A stretch of DNA of 64,000 bases from an uncultured virus (IMG/VR IMGVR_UViG_3300031758_000014) (taxonomy: Duplodnaviria > Heunggongvirae > Uroviricota > Caudoviricetes), in the IMG/VR virus record IMGVR_UViG_3300031758_000014; one strand, 5' to 3'. Position 1 is the first letter of the stretch; each line of letters begins with the position of its first letter. Shown one piece after another: positions 37,820-47,951 of this stretch. The position numbers and the translations under genes are program-made. The notes under the pieces were generated by a model. It was not told the DNA's origin. It saw only the letters and a program-made list of their open reading frames with translations, and ran no database searches.

Positions 37820-37853
37820 ATTATTTTTTTTATTTTTTATACTAAAAATTAGA

Positions 37854-38108
37854 TTATTTGTTTATACCTAATTTTCTAAGTTTAAGATCTCTTTGAAGTG
37901 CCAACCAATCAGATTCGTAAACAAATAATGACATATCACATATCATATGACCATAATCATTTTTAACTGACCAAAAAAGACTGCTGTAAGATAAGGTATA
38001 TTTTTTACCTTTTGTTAATCTACAATTATTAGTTATAGATATAACAACTTCACCATCAACTGGCTTACGTTCACTTCGTTCATTTACGGATTTTAGACCC
38101 CATTTCAT
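37854..38108 (-). CDS. DUF6501-like protein with tail
   Basis: LTKGKKY...VKNDYG; ends QRDLKLRKLGINK. Confidence 0.7.
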   Translation of the reverse strand: MKWGLKSVNERSERKPVDGEVVISITNNCRLTKGKKYTLSYSSLFWSVKNDYGHMICDMSLFVYESDWLALQRDLKLRKLGINK

Positions 38109-38274
38109 ATTATCAATCTTTTATCTTAGTGGGCAATAGTTTTTAAATAGACCCAGAATAATCCTAAGAATTTACCTTGTATAACAGTAGCAACTAATGG
38201 TGCTGACCCTTCACCGTTTGAATCCATGGTCATGTCACCATAGATATTCACTCTTCTTAATTTTGTAAATAGTT

Positions 38275-38505
38275 TCATTTGTTTATAATTTGGTTAATTT
38301 TAACATCGCGATTATCACTCTTAATAGAAGATATTAATTTATTGATTTCATATCGGTGGATACTTGAACTCAATAAGACTCCATTATTAAAAAGGATATG
38401 TATAGCGGGTTCTGAGTTACCTTCACTCAAAACTTGTATAGATTTGATATCATACTTTTTTAGTATTTCCTCACTAAGATTTAATTGTTTTATTTCTTCT
38501 AACAT
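38275..38505 (-). CDS. hypothetical protein with tail
   Basis: ends NRDVKINQIINK. Confidence 0.65.
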   Translation of the reverse strand: MLEEIKQLNLSEEILKKYDIKSIQVLSEGNSEPAIHILFNNGVLLSSSIHRYEINKLISSIKSDNRDVKINQIINK

Positions 38506-38515
38506 ATTATTTATT

Positions 38516-38899
38516 TTAATTTGGATCTGTTACTAAACACCAATGTTTAACTTTCATTAAACCATCTTTTACTAATTCTTTTATCTCTTGTGATGTGTGT
38601 ATATCCCAGATATATTCTTTACCATCACTATTTATTTCAATCTTTAGTAATCTAGCAAAAAAGTAATTACCCATTCTATGATCAACACAAACAAGTAGTT
38701 TTGTATTAAATGGTGGATCAATTTCATCACCAATTGAAATCCATTTCATATCTGATTTACTTTTGAGTTCTTTTAATTGTTTCTTCCACATTACCAAACT
38801 ATCACTTAATAGTGGGTTACCATTTTCTTCAGCATATTTGATAACATCAATAAGATTTTTTATTCTCTCACTATCATCTATTAGATTATCACAATTCAT
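38516..38899 (-). CDS. DUF551-like protein
   Basis: KWISI...PP...LLV...VKHW. Confidence 0.6.
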   Translation of the reverse strand: MNCDNLIDDSERIKNLIDVIKYAEENGNPLLSDSLVMWKKQLKELKSKSDMKWISIGDEIDPPFNTKLLVCVDHRMGNYFFARLLKIEINSDGKEYIWDIHTSQEIKELVKDGLMKVKHWCLVTDPN

Positions 38900-38919
38900 A
38901 TTGTAAATATAATAAAAAT

Positions 38920-39177
38920 TTATAAAATTTCATTGAGTTTTATATCTCTTAATTCACTTTTCGTGTAGAAGTATTTACCATAATATAATTCATGATCTTC
39001 TTCTAAGTAAAATCCAAAAGATCTACTATCAGTTATTCTAACCCATATTCTACTCGAACTTTTTGGAATTGGAACAGAGTCTTCCTCGACTATTTGGTAT
39101 TTATTACCTAATAACATCTCAAATTCAACTCCATACTTTATTAAAGGAACACCTTTAGATATTAGAAATTCATCCAT
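38920..39177 (-). CDS. hypothetical protein with tail
   Basis: ends YGKYFYTKSELRDIKLNEIL. Confidence 0.7.
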   Translation of the reverse strand: MDEFLISKGVPLIKYGVEFEMLLGNKYQIVEEDSVPIPKSSSRIWVRITDSRSFGFYLEEDHELYYGKYFYTKSELRDIKLNEIL

Positions 39178-39679
39178 TACTATTCATCATTAGTTCTATT
39201 CTTGATATTAAAGACGCGAAAGCATACTCATAATCATCAAAAAGTGGTACTGAAAATCTCGAACAAACAATCTCAACATTTCCTCTACGATAAAACTTTT
39301 TAGGAGCACAAGCAATTATTTTACCACTTGAGGCGAAGTGGCCAAGTTCAAGAAGTGAAATAGGAGACATAGTATCCTCAACAAAGTTTAAGAAAATAAT
39401 ATCTGACTCTTCGAGTTTATTTAACTCCCAGTTTACTTGGTATCTAAACTCAGGATTCTTTTCGCTTTGTTCCCAACTTGAATCCCAAGAGTCTCTTCTG
39501 GGGTTATAGATTGTAATATTACCTGGTGTAAAAGAAAACTCATTTATTCTATTTGTAATATCTGTCTGCCAATCAACAGCTTTACCCATTTCAATAGATC
39601 CTGCTAAGAATATCTTAATGCTATTCTCAGTAGAGAACTTTGTTTTATTATCTGGTTTTATAACTTCAATTTGTGCCAT
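39170..39679 (-). CDS. nucleoside 2-deoxyribosyltransferase-like protein
   Basis: IFLAGSIEMG..DWQ, YNPRR, QVNWEL, SPISLLELG. Confidence 0.85.
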   Translation of the reverse strand: MAQIEVIKPDNKTKFSTENSIKIFLAGSIEMGKAVDWQTDITNRINEFSFTPGNITIYNPRRDSWDSSWEQSEKNPEFRYQVNWELNKLEESDIIFLNFVEDTMSPISLLELGHFASSGKIIACAPKKFYRRGNVEIVCSRFSVPLFDDYEYAFASLISRIELMMNSNG

Positions 39680-40077
39680 TATCTTAAAAATTTATTTATT
39701 ACATCGTTTATATCATCTGTTGTGACTTTTTCTAAAAGAAGATTTGTAAATCTATTGTCTATTATATTTAAATTAATAAAATCAATAATATCTCTTCGAT
39801 CACCGGTTAAAGCTAATAATCTTGCTTCTCTAATACTTCCTCTATCAATAATTGTAATTTTGAAATCATTAGACTCCATATCCTTTTTCAACTCTTCGAT
39901 AGATTCAATATTAGGAAAATCAACTTCTGTAAAATCATAACTAATCTCATAGTTTTCCATTAAAGACTCGGTTAAATTTTTAGCCTCCCGTAAAGTAATT
40001 GGTAAGTATTCTTTTATTATCTTAACAAACTGTAATTTACGATCTATTTTATCTTCTAATCTTATTCTAACTTTCAT
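39679..40077 (-). CDS. ribosomal L7/L12 C-terminal-like domain protein
   Basis: KLQFVKIIKEYLPITLREAKNLTE; internal IREARLLAL. Confidence 0.55.
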   Translation of the reverse strand: MKVRIRLEDKIDRKLQFVKIIKEYLPITLREAKNLTESLMENYEISYDFTEVDFPNIESIEELKKDMESNDFKITIIDRGSIREARLLALTGDRRDIIDFINLNIIDNRFTNLLLEKVTTDDINDVINKFLR

Positions 40078-40414
40078 TTAACAAGTCATTTAATTTAATA
40101 TCTCTATTTTTTACTATATAATTATCATATTCAAGTCTTATTGTTCTGAGATAATTTATATTATTAAGTATTAAATTGTGAATAAATGGTGTAGCGAATC
40201 CATCTCTTAAAAAGATGAAGAAGTCTTCTATTTGAAGAAAAGTTAAATCATTAATTTCAATGAATTCAGCTTCATCATCAAATATTACAAAGTTGTAATA
40301 CTCTTCACATTTAATTATGAAATTGATAAAGTCATAAACATCATCTATTTCAGACAACTTTGAATCTAAATCTAAATCATATTCAAATAACTCACTTTCT
40401 AATATAGACTTCAT
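40067..40414 (-). CDS. acidic protein with tail
   Basis: ends NRDIKLNDLLNES. Confidence 0.7.
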   Translation of the reverse strand: MKSILESELFEYDLDLDSKLSEIDDVYDFINFIIKCEEYYNFVIFDDEAEFIEINDLTFLQIEDFFIFLRDGFATPFIHNLILNNINYLRTIRLEYDNYIVKNRDIKLNDLLNES

Positions 40415-40416
40415 TG

Positions 40417-41433
40417 TTAATCATATTCTTCGATATATGATTTGTTTATTCTACTAAATTCGTCTAATAAAATTTGATGTTGTTCAAACTCACCACATTG
40501 AGGTGTTAAATATAAAACGTGTGGATAAAATCGACCAGACATTGGTATCAAATTATATCGAACATTCATTAAGTGAACAATAGAATCTCCAAATACTTCC
40601 ATATTATCAAAGTATTGAACTGATATTGGTTTCTTAACCTCTTCAATTTCATATTCTTTACCGTGTTTTCTCCACAATTTACTCAATCTATCATGTAGTG
40701 AGTTATCCTTATTATCAAATAACCTACCCAAATTTTTCTTGTATAATTCAGGTGATTGTAACCTCCATAGTTCATTAGAAGTTTTCTCTTTTAAGAAATT
40801 AAATTCTTCCGAAACTTCTATATACGATTCTAAACAATATGAATCATTTCCAGCTACACGATAAACAAATTGTCCATTATGAGATAATAGAGAGCTTCCA
40901 TCTGAATAGAAAATAACACCATCTTTTTGGTATTTGAATTTATATCTTTTTTGATCATAGTTTTCAATAATTCCTTCAATCGGTTCAAATCCTAATAGAG
41001 ATAACATTTCTGGTCTACCAAGATCATGTTTACCAATCTCCCATTGGTCATGACACTTAGACATAACATCATAAACTTTCTTATCGACCCACATGAAACG
41101 CCAGTTCTCTACCTCATCATACTTATCATTTTCATCTAATTTAGTGATGATTTTATTTACCTCTCTTCTGTTATAAGTAAACTTACCATCAACTAAGAAT
41201 TTAATAAAATCAGCAATGGTGATACCTAAGTGACTTTCTATTAGTTTTGTATTATCATCTTCGATGATATCTTCCATACCACCATAATCGTTATAACGAC
41301 CGAATATGGGTAATGTACAAGGTACATAACCGCCATACTCACTTGTTGATTCTTTTAAAGGTATGATAGCACATTCATGAACACTCGTTATTGCGATGTT
41401 GCTTATTCCACAACTTACTGACCAACTTCCCAT
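40417..41433 (-). CDS. hypothetical phage protein
   Basis: MGSWSVSCGISN...LPIFGRYNDYG. Confidence 0.8.
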   Translation of the reverse strand: MGSWSVSCGISNIAITSVHECAIIPLKESTSEYGGYVPCTLPIFGRYNDYGGMEDIIEDDNTKLIESHLGITIADFIKFLVDGKFTYNRREVNKIITKLDENDKYDEVENWRFMWVDKKVYDVMSKCHDQWEIGKHDLGRPEMLSLLGFEPIEGIIENYDQKRYKFKYQKDGVIFYSDGSSLLSHNGQFVYRVAGNDSYCLESYIEVSEEFNFLKEKTSNELWRLQSPELYKKNLGRLFDNKDNSLHDRLSKLWRKHGKEYEIEEVKKPISVQYFDNMEVFGDSIVHLMNVRYNLIPMSGRFYPHVLYLTPQCGEFEQHQILLDEFSRINKSYIEEYD

Positions 41434-41458
41434 ATTTTATTTTTTACAAATATAAAAA

Positions 41459-41683
41459 TTATAAACCAATATCAGACAATTTCTTTTCTCTAAGTTCTGA
41501 TTTATCACCAAATCTATCTTTATGTATTGAAATAAATTTATTGTTATCATCTCTTAAAAAATAGAAATTACTAAATGTGATGTCATCATCAAGATAGTTT
41601 GGTTCTATATCATATTCTTTATATAAGGTTAAACTAATCCCCATATCTGATAAATTATCAGTATTTATACATATCAATTTCAT
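41459..41683 (-). CDS. DUF6501-like protein with tail
   Basis: MKLICI...LTLYKEY; ends LREKKLSDIGL. Confidence 0.7.
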   Translation of the reverse strand: MKLICINTDNLSDMGISLTLYKEYDIEPNYLDDDITFSNFYFLRDDNNKFISIHKDRFGDKSELREKKLSDIGL

Positions 41684-41880
41684 ATTCCTAATTTTTCTAA
41701 TTGTGAGTTTCTAATATCTGCTATCCATTCAACTTCCGCTATCTTATAAGCCACTCCGTTCATTGCGTAAAAAGAAGCTCCTTCGCCTATGTGAACTATT
41801 ACATGATCAACATAACCATAATACCAATCGTCACTATATTTAGACTTAAATCTAAATTTCATTCCTCTTTCTATTTTCAT
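41680..41880 (-). CDS. small SH3-like protein with tail
   Basis: ends IRNSQLEKLGI. Confidence 0.65.
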   Translation of the reverse strand: MKIERGMKFRFKSKYSDDWYYGYVDHVIVHIGEGASFYAMNGVAYKIAEVEWIADIRNSQLEKLGI

Positions 41881-42344
41881 TTTAATAGTTCATTTAGTTT
41901 ATTGTCTCTTCTTTCTGATTTATAATCAAAGTAATCATCTACTCTATGAACAGAGAGTGTGAAATATGGTTTTTCATTTTTACCCATATCAGCTCCCAAT
42001 TGATAGAGTTCATCATCAGATAATGTTAAAAAGTAGTGAACTGTATCTCTATCATCTGATTTAATCATTAAATGTGGTAGTGATAAAGTCTTCTCACATT
42101 CTTTTTTTATTTTCTCTAAAACTTTATTCTTACTAACCAACCAAGTAGAGTCAATATCTTTATTTTTCAACTTCATTATTTCAAATCCATTTTGAACTAT
42201 TTCACTGAGTGAATTATTCCAAACTTTAAAGTTGGTTACAAAGGTAACTTCTTTCTCATAGATTGTATAGTCATAATATTTACCATATTCGAATATAACA
42301 CCCCAGTGAGCTGCCATTGATTTAGTACAAAGTAATTTACTCAT
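41877..42344 (-). CDS. DUF6501-like protein with tail
   Basis: LLCTK...FEYGKYY; ends RRDNKLNELLK. Confidence 0.7.
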   Translation of the reverse strand: MSKLLCTKSMAAHWGVIFEYGKYYDYTIYEKEVTFVTNFKVWNNSLSEIVQNGFEIMKLKNKDIDSTWLVSKNKVLEKIKKECEKTLSLPHLMIKSDDRDTVHYFLTLSDDELYQLGADMGKNEKPYFTLSVHRVDDYFDYKSERRDNKLNELLK

Positions 42345-42389
42345 TAAATAAAAAGATTATTATCTCACAAAGATAAACAAAAAAATTAT

Positions 42390-43292
42390 TTATCCAAATA
42401 ATTCTATTAACTCTTCTTTTGTCTTATCTTTTAATAAGTCATGTTTTATCATAAGACAATCATCTTCAAACCAACATTCATTACTCTCCTTTGAGAAAAT
42501 TTCGGGTAAATCTTTTAGATATTTAATACTAAAATCATTTAGAGTTGGATCTAAAACTTTATTTAAGTTTTCCAACAAAGTTAAGTTTTTATTATAATCA
42601 GGGAAATAGATTGTCTTTGGTTCAGATCCATCTATTGATACTCTTTCTTTTCCATATTTTTTTTTACTAAACTCATCATACTTTTGATCTAAATATGGTT
42701 TTAACTCTTCCCAATTTGTATCACTTATTTTATGACCAGCTTTAGCTTCAACTACATCAATTATACCTCTGAACCAATTAACAAGTAATCCAGGTGAATC
42801 ATAATCAAATTTTGGATTTCCAGAAGCCACTTTAAAAATTGTTAATCTTTTAAAGGCATACCACATATCCATACTTGGACAAACTCCTATTTTTGTTGTA
42901 TCATAAGGTATTACTAAGTAAATAACTTTACCATGTGACATTTTTACTCTTGAAAGTCTTGAAGTACAAATTGATTTATTTCTTCTTGGATATTCTTTCC
43001 AAGAATCTATATTTGATAAAATAAGATTATGATAATTACCTACTGGTGAATGAGGTGCTATTCTTTCATGAGATGCGGAAACTGGTTTTGAATAAACTAT
43101 ATTTCCTATATCATTAGTTTTTCTGAAAAGTAATTGATCGCTATTAATATCATAATCTAAACTTTTTAATATAGTCAAGAAATCTCTACAATTCTCAATT
43201 AAAAGTGATTTAAATTCCTCAATTGTTATTTCTCTAACTGGTAGAACTCCATCTGATGGTCTAAACTCTTCATAATATTTAATATATCTCAT
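42390..43292 (-). CDS. putative virion internal protein (CTS-like leader)
   Basis: MRYIKYYEEF; TAATATATA at 43297; YPRRNKSICTS. Confidence 0.75.
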   Translation of the reverse strand: MRYIKYYEEFRPSDGVLPVREITIEEFKSLLIENCRDFLTILKSLDYDINSDQLLFRKTNDIGNIVYSKPVSASHERIAPHSPVGNYHNLILSNIDSWKEYPRRNKSICTSRLSRVKMSHGKVIYLVIPYDTTKIGVCPSMDMWYAFKRLTIFKVASGNPKFDYDSPGLLVNWFRGIIDVVEAKAGHKISDTNWEELKPYLDQKYDEFSKKKYGKERVSIDGSEPKTIYFPDYNKNLTLLENLNKVLDPTLNDFSIKYLKDLPEIFSKESNECWFEDDCLMIKHDLLKDKTKEELIELFG

Positions 43293-43321
43293 ACTTTATA
43301 TATTAAATATTATTATTTATT

Positions 43322-43930
43322 TTAATTATCACCTAATAAATCATTTATTCTACTATCTCTTTTAGATGCTTTTGATACGATTCTATCAACATCATCTTTA
43401 AATTTATTAAATTTCTCAATGACAGTTTTATCTTTTTGTTGTTGTAAAGAAACATACATAGAGTGAATAATATCCATGTATTTATGAAGATCTTTATTAT
43501 CTTTCCATCTAATGTTATTATCACCAAAGTGAATGTTACTAACCTTAAATTGATCATCTTTTATTTCCCAACTAATTAAAAAATATATATCTCGGTAATT
43601 GGATAATTTTCTCTTTATAATAATACTACCACTAATTCCTTCTTCAATATACCACTTTTGGTAATTATAACCAACCTCATAACCACTAAATGATATATCA
43701 TCAAGAACTTGAATAAGTAGGTTTTTATATTCATCTAATTCGTTGAACCTTTCTGCTACACCATAAGATTTCTTTTCTACTTTTGTCTCCTCTTCTTTTT
43801 TCTCTTTTTTAAATAATTTATTAAAAAGAGATTTAGTGTTATTAAGATCACAAAAAAGCCAATCCATTCCAAATAATACACCAGATGCCATAGAAAGTAC
43901 TATAAGAGTGCCAATCATAAATTCATACAT
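43322..43930 (-). CDS. membrane-anchored protein with tail
   Basis: N-terminal TM; ends KRDSRINDLLGDN. Confidence 0.75.
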   Translation of the reverse strand: MYEFMIGTLIVLSMASGVLFGMDWLFCDLNNTKSLFNKLFKKEKKEEETKVEKKSYGVAERFNELDEYKNLLIQVLDDISFSGYEVGYNYQKWYIEEGISGSIIIKRKLSNYRDIYFLISWEIKDDQFKVSNIHFGDNNIRWKDNKDLHKYMDIIHSMYVSLQQQKDKTVIEKFNKFKDDVDRIVSKASKRDSRINDLLGDN

Positions 43931-44154
43931 TATTTTTCAGTTTGTAATAATAAATCTAAAATAATTGGCTTCAATTCCTCACATTGTTTAGCCAACCTCG
44001 TAACCATTTCCATTATCTCTGGATTATCTTTATATTCATCTTCGGATAGAATACTTGTTAAAGTCCAAAATGGAGTTAATCTATTTCTAATTTTTGCTTG
44101 TGGTGTCTCTGGTACCCAGTTACCATCCTTATCTTTATGTCCAGTTTCTTCCAT
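43930..44154 (-). CDS. hypothetical protein
   Basis: 74 aa ORF. Confidence 0.65.
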   Translation of the reverse strand: MEETGHKDKDGNWVPETPQAKIRNRLTPFWTLTSILSEDEYKDNPEIMEMVTRLAKQCEELKPIILDLLLQTEK

Positions 44155-44537
44155 TATATTCCTAATCTAATTAGTTTTTTATCTCTTATTTTCATTTCCA
44201 TATCATCTATTTGGTGATTAGAACCAGCTATACCAGTACCTTCTAGTGAATATGTTATACTAACATTGTAGGTTGTAACAAGTTTAGTTTTTAAAACATC
44301 ACCACCTCCATTAAGATCATATAGATGTTGTTTTTCCATTTTAACATAATGTATCTTAAATAAACCATCAAGTTTTAATAGTCCTTCATCTTTTAAAACT
44401 GATATAATATCTTCCGCTACCCAAGTAGTGTAAACTGAATATTGTGAACTAAATGGTAAATCTTCAAATAATCTAACTTCGATTAGATCATCTGGTGATG
44501 TAAATAAATTTCCACTAAACGTATATTCCATATTCAA
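44154..44537 (-). CDS. hypothetical protein with tail
   Basis: ends IRDKKLIRLGI. Confidence 0.7.
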   Translation of the reverse strand: MNMEYTFSGNLFTSPDDLIEVRLFEDLPFSSQYSVYTTWVAEDIISVLKDEGLLKLDGLFKIHYVKMEKQHLYDLNGGGDVLKTKLVTTYNVSITYSLEGTGIAGSNHQIDDMEMKIRDKKLIRLGI

Positions 44538-44706
44538 TTTTATCTAATATTTGCTTAACCTCATTTAGTTCTGCTTGAGATCCGAATAACTCAACTGGTT
44601 TTCTTCCATTCAAAGCAATTATTGGTGAATTAAGCCAACGTCTAAACTTATCTTTTTCATTGTTAAAGACACTTAGACCATATTTAAGTATTTCTCTTTT
44701 ATTCAT
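44515..44706 (-). CDS. Xre/MbcA/ParS antitoxin C-terminal toxin-binding domain (DUF2384)
   Basis: VF...RWLNSPIIALNGRKPVEL...VKQILDKIEYG. Confidence 0.8.
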   Translation of the reverse strand: MNKREILKYGLSVFNNEKDKFRRWLNSPIIALNGRKPVELFGSQAELNEVKQILDKIEYGIYV

Positions 44707-44728
44707 AACTATAAAGTTAATAAAATTA

Positions 44729-45268
44729 TTATTTTATTCCTAATTTTTCCAACTTATCATCTCGCTCTGATTTTTTATCTATATACCCATCCCAATTTTT
44801 AAACTTATCACTAATATTTTTATCTCTTAGTTTATCCTCATATATAGATTCTATTTCACGTTTAATTCTATTTCTTAGAGATTCTATATCACCATAATAA
44901 TCAACTTTACTGATTTTTATCAACGCAAATAATTTTTGTTCATAGATAGTTATGTAATTACCTTTTTTATAACACCAAAAGTAACCAAGATCTGAATAGT
45001 ATATTTTTTTAAATCTGAGCGTAATTAATCCAAATGGTGGTGTGATTAAATCAAATGGACTACTAATTTTATTTAAGTCGATTAAATTTGAAATAGCTCC
45101 TATAATAGTAGATATTAAACTAATTGCTACTTCTACTAAAAGAAGTAGTAATGTAAATCCAATAGTAGCACCAATTGGTGTTGAAGTTTCTCTAGCCATT
45201 AAGTTAGCCAGATAAATTGTTACAATGAAAACTACAACATTTATTAATAAATATATTTTTCTTTTCAT
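44729..45268 (-). CDS. membrane protein with tail
   Basis: two TM helices; ends ERDDKLEKLGIK. Confidence 0.75.
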   Translation of the reverse strand: MKRKIYLLINVVVFIVTIYLANLMARETSTPIGATIGFTLLLLLVEVAISLISTIIGAISNLIDLNKISSPFDLITPPFGLITLRFKKIYYSDLGYFWCYKKGNYITIYEQKLFALIKISKVDYYGDIESLRNRIKREIESIYEDKLRDKNISDKFKNWDGYIDKKSERDDKLEKLGIK

Positions 45269-45269
45269 T

Positions 45270-45788
45270 TTATGCTAATAATGATTTTAATGCTAAATCT
45301 CTTAAATCTGATCTAAGTTGACCTTGATTAAACTTAATATCAATAGTGTCTCCTTTTATCTTGAAAGACATAGGTTTTTTTGTACCATCTGTATTTCTTT
45401 TCCAATATCCTCGACCACGAAAAACAGTCACATTATAATTATTAATTTCAATACCAAGTGTCATTGTTGTAACAATTAGATTTGGTTTAGAAGTTATAAC
45501 TATATGATATTTACTATCCAAATCAACTGACTTGGCCCATTTTTTATAGTTGTTTATATGGTTTGAAATAACATAGTTATACTCTTCAGTATTGAAATAT
45601 GTTATAAGTTCTTGTTTAACTCTTTCCTCATTACATTCGGAAACCTTTATTAAATTAATAACTCCTTTTCTGAAACCAAGTGTATTAGTTTCAGACTCAC
45701 TGTTATGAATTTCTTTTGCTAATTTTGAAACCAATAACCAATCTGGTGTTTCTTTTGATAATTCTAATTGAATCAATTCTTTACTCAT
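45270..45788 (-). CDS. hypothetical protein with tail
   Basis: ends LRDLALKSLLA. Confidence 0.7.
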   Translation of the reverse strand: MSKELIQLELSKETPDWLLVSKLAKEIHNSESETNTLGFRKGVINLIKVSECNEERVKQELITYFNTEEYNYVISNHINNYKKWAKSVDLDSKYHIVITSKPNLIVTTMTLGIEINNYNVTVFRGRGYWKRNTDGTKKPMSFKIKGDTIDIKFNQGQLRSDLRDLALKSLLA

Positions 45789-46024
45789 ATTCCTAGTTTA
45801 TTTAATACTAATTCTCTAAATAACGATTTGAACTTTCGATAGTGTATTGATCCACTTCGAAAATAAACAGCTGGTGGTTCAAAAGTATATAAACTATCAT
45901 TATCAATTAAATAATAACGAGTTTTCCCATCCGCGACAACCTTTATAAAGTCTCCACTTTCAACTGATTTAACGTTCAATTTACTATCAGGGTATAACTC
46001 TTCAAGTGTTTTTTTCAAATCCAT
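45785..46024 (-). CDS. hypothetical protein with tail
   Basis: ends FRELVLNKLGI. Confidence 0.7.
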   Translation of the reverse strand: MDLKKTLEELYPDSKLNVKSVESGDFIKVVADGKTRYYLIDNDSLYTFEPPAVYFRSGSIHYRKFKSLFRELVLNKLGI

Positions 46025-46042
46025 ATTTACAAATATAATAAA

Positions 46043-46465
46043 TTATTTCGGTAAAACCTTATGTTGATCACACTCAATTACCTCACCAGTTTCCAACTCT
46101 ACTAAATATTCGTTTAACCACAATCCTTTCTTAACTTCTTTTACAATACCATCAACTCGTCTGTTCTTGCTAACACCGATTACTCCTTTTATAAAAACTC
46201 TCACTTCATCATCAACATTAAACTTCTTATGAGTTATCTCTGCTGGATGTTTAAGTAACCATTCTTTTAGATTGTATCTATCTCCTTCCCACTCATCTTC
46301 TTCTTCATCATAACCCCAAGGTTGGATAATGAAATCTTCATATGGTTGAAACTTTTCTAAATTATCATTACAGGTTGAACACATCATATGTTGTCTATGT
46401 GATCCAACTTGCTCACCTTCTTTGTTGAGTATTCTATACTCTATTACGTTTGCTGATGTAGCCAT
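46043..46465 (-). CDS. hypothetical protein
   Basis: 140 aa ORF after -7 element. Confidence 0.7.
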   Translation of the reverse strand: MATSANVIEYRILNKEGEQVGSHRQHMMCSTCNDNLEKFQPYEDFIIQPWGYDEEEDEWEGDRYNLKEWLLKHPAEITHKKFNVDDEVRVFIKGVIGVSKNRRVDGIVKEVKKGLWLNEYLVELETGEVIECDQHKVLPK

Positions 46466-46534
46466 ATTTTATTTTTTACAAAGATAAAAACTTTTATTGA
46501 AAAGTTAAATAGAATTATAAATTAAAAAATATTT

Positions 46535-46711
46535 ATGGAAGACGGACCAATGATGGAAAGACCATCTTACAGATGGGAAAACAAAGAATACTTATTAGAA
46601 GTATTTATGAAACAATTAGGTATCACAGAAGATCAATTAGAAAATGAACCTTCTTGGATCAAAGCTAAAGTTAGAGAAGCTAATATTGATAAAGTGTTAG
46701 ATAATAACTAA
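46535..46711 (+). CDS. small protein with tail variant (not in ORF track)
   Basis: MEDGPMMERP...KVREANIDKVLDNN*; terminator follows. Confidence 0.6.
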   Translation: MEDGPMMERPSYRWENKEYLLEVFMKQLGITEDQLENEPSWIKAKVREANIDKVLDNN

Positions 46712-46715
46712 AAAG

Positions 46716-46748
46716 AAAAAGGGATTGTGAAAACAATCCCTTTTTTTA
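46716..46748. terminator. intrinsic terminator
   Basis: AAAAAGGGATTG-TGAAAA-CAATCCCTTTTTTT. Confidence 0.8.
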
Positions 46749-46900
46749 TTCTTTCAATAGTTGTCTAAAAACAACTTCTGTTCCTCCATTTTCAACATCC
46801 GGTCTGATAAAAACAAGATATTTATCATTGTTGATGTTAATTTCTTGTCTAAATCCAACCTTATTATCTTTTATGACTTCGTAGATTTTATCAAATTCGC

Positions 46901-47134
46901 TCATAATCCTAATTCTTTTAATCTTTCTTCTCTAATAAATGGCATCAAACATTTATCTAAATATTCATTAATATCGTTGTTCATTTGATCTCTTGTTTGT
47001 TGTGTATTATATTCCCAAACATATCTAGCAACAATTTCACTTATATCTTTTATTATACAATCTTTTGCTATATCGCCTAAGTTAGAAAGTTTTTCTATCT
47101 TCTCTATGGTTTCATTTGTTAATTCTATATTCAT
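46901..47134 (-). CDS. hypothetical protein with tail
   Basis: ends IREERLKELGL. Confidence 0.7.
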   Translation of the reverse strand: MNIELTNETIEKIEKLSNLGDIAKDCIIKDISEIVARYVWEYNTQQTRDQMNNDINEYLDKCLMPFIREERLKELGL

Positions 47135-47493
47135 CGAATTTTATATTTATTAAATACTTCTAAGTTGTTTGGTTCTAAAATGAATTGTAATATATTCTCA
47201 CATTGTTGTATGTTTTCTGCTTTGAACCTTACTAAAATTCCACTTTTGTTGGTTTCGTATGGATCAAATGAATTTATCATAAATATCTTATCTTTCGGAT
47301 AAAATGTTGCTGTCGCCATTTCTCTTGAATTATCTTTATCGTGTAATCCAATATTATATAAAAATCTATCATCTTGTTCAGACTTTTCATTTAAGAGTTT
47401 ACTTAATCTAATATCTCTTAAATCTTGTAAACTAACTTCCCAACCGTAGTGGTCTGTTACATTCCATGTGTATAAGTTTCCTTTGTAATCCAT
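47131..47493 (-). CDS. hypothetical protein, internal tail-like motif
   Basis: LRDIRLSKLL near N-terminus. Confidence 0.7.
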   Translation of the reverse strand: MDYKGNLYTWNVTDHYGWEVSLQDLRDIRLSKLLNEKSEQDDRFLYNIGLHDKDNSREMATATFYPKDKIFMINSFDPYETNKSGILVRFKAENIQQCENILQFILEPNNLEVFNKYKIR

Positions 47494-47951
47494 TATATTC
47501 CTATTTCGTTTAACCTCTTATCTCTTAAATATTGTTTAAATCTATCTGGTTTAAATTGAACAATAAATCTACTACCTTGATAAACTATGTATTCTTCTTC
47601 GGTGTGAAGAGATGGGTAGGATAAATTACCTCGATTAAAATAAATTGTACTATATTTATCAATATACTTTATTCCACCAAATATTTCAATAAAAGTCTTT
47701 TCAATTTCATTCACTCTCATTGGTAAATAAGATTTCATATCAAAATCTTTATGAAACATTGAGTTATTTACTAAGTAATCTTTAATTTCTTTTTCGGTAT
47801 TTTTATATTCTTCTTTACTAAATAAACTACTTCTGAAATTAAAATTTACTTTGATAGTTTCATCGTTCATTTCGATGACTTTATAGTCCTCAACTTGTTT
47901 GATCCTATCAATTATGTTAACCCACTCGTTTAATAATATTTTTAAGTTCAT
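47493..47951 (-). CDS. hypothetical protein with tail
   Basis: ends LRDKRLNEIGI. Confidence 0.7.
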   Translation of the reverse strand: MNLKILLNEWVNIIDRIKQVEDYKVIEMNDETIKVNFNFRSSLFSKEEYKNTEKEIKDYLVNNSMFHKDFDMKSYLPMRVNEIEKTFIEIFGGIKYIDKYSTIYFNRGNLSYPSLHTEEEYIVYQGSRFIVQFKPDRFKQYLRDKRLNEIGI

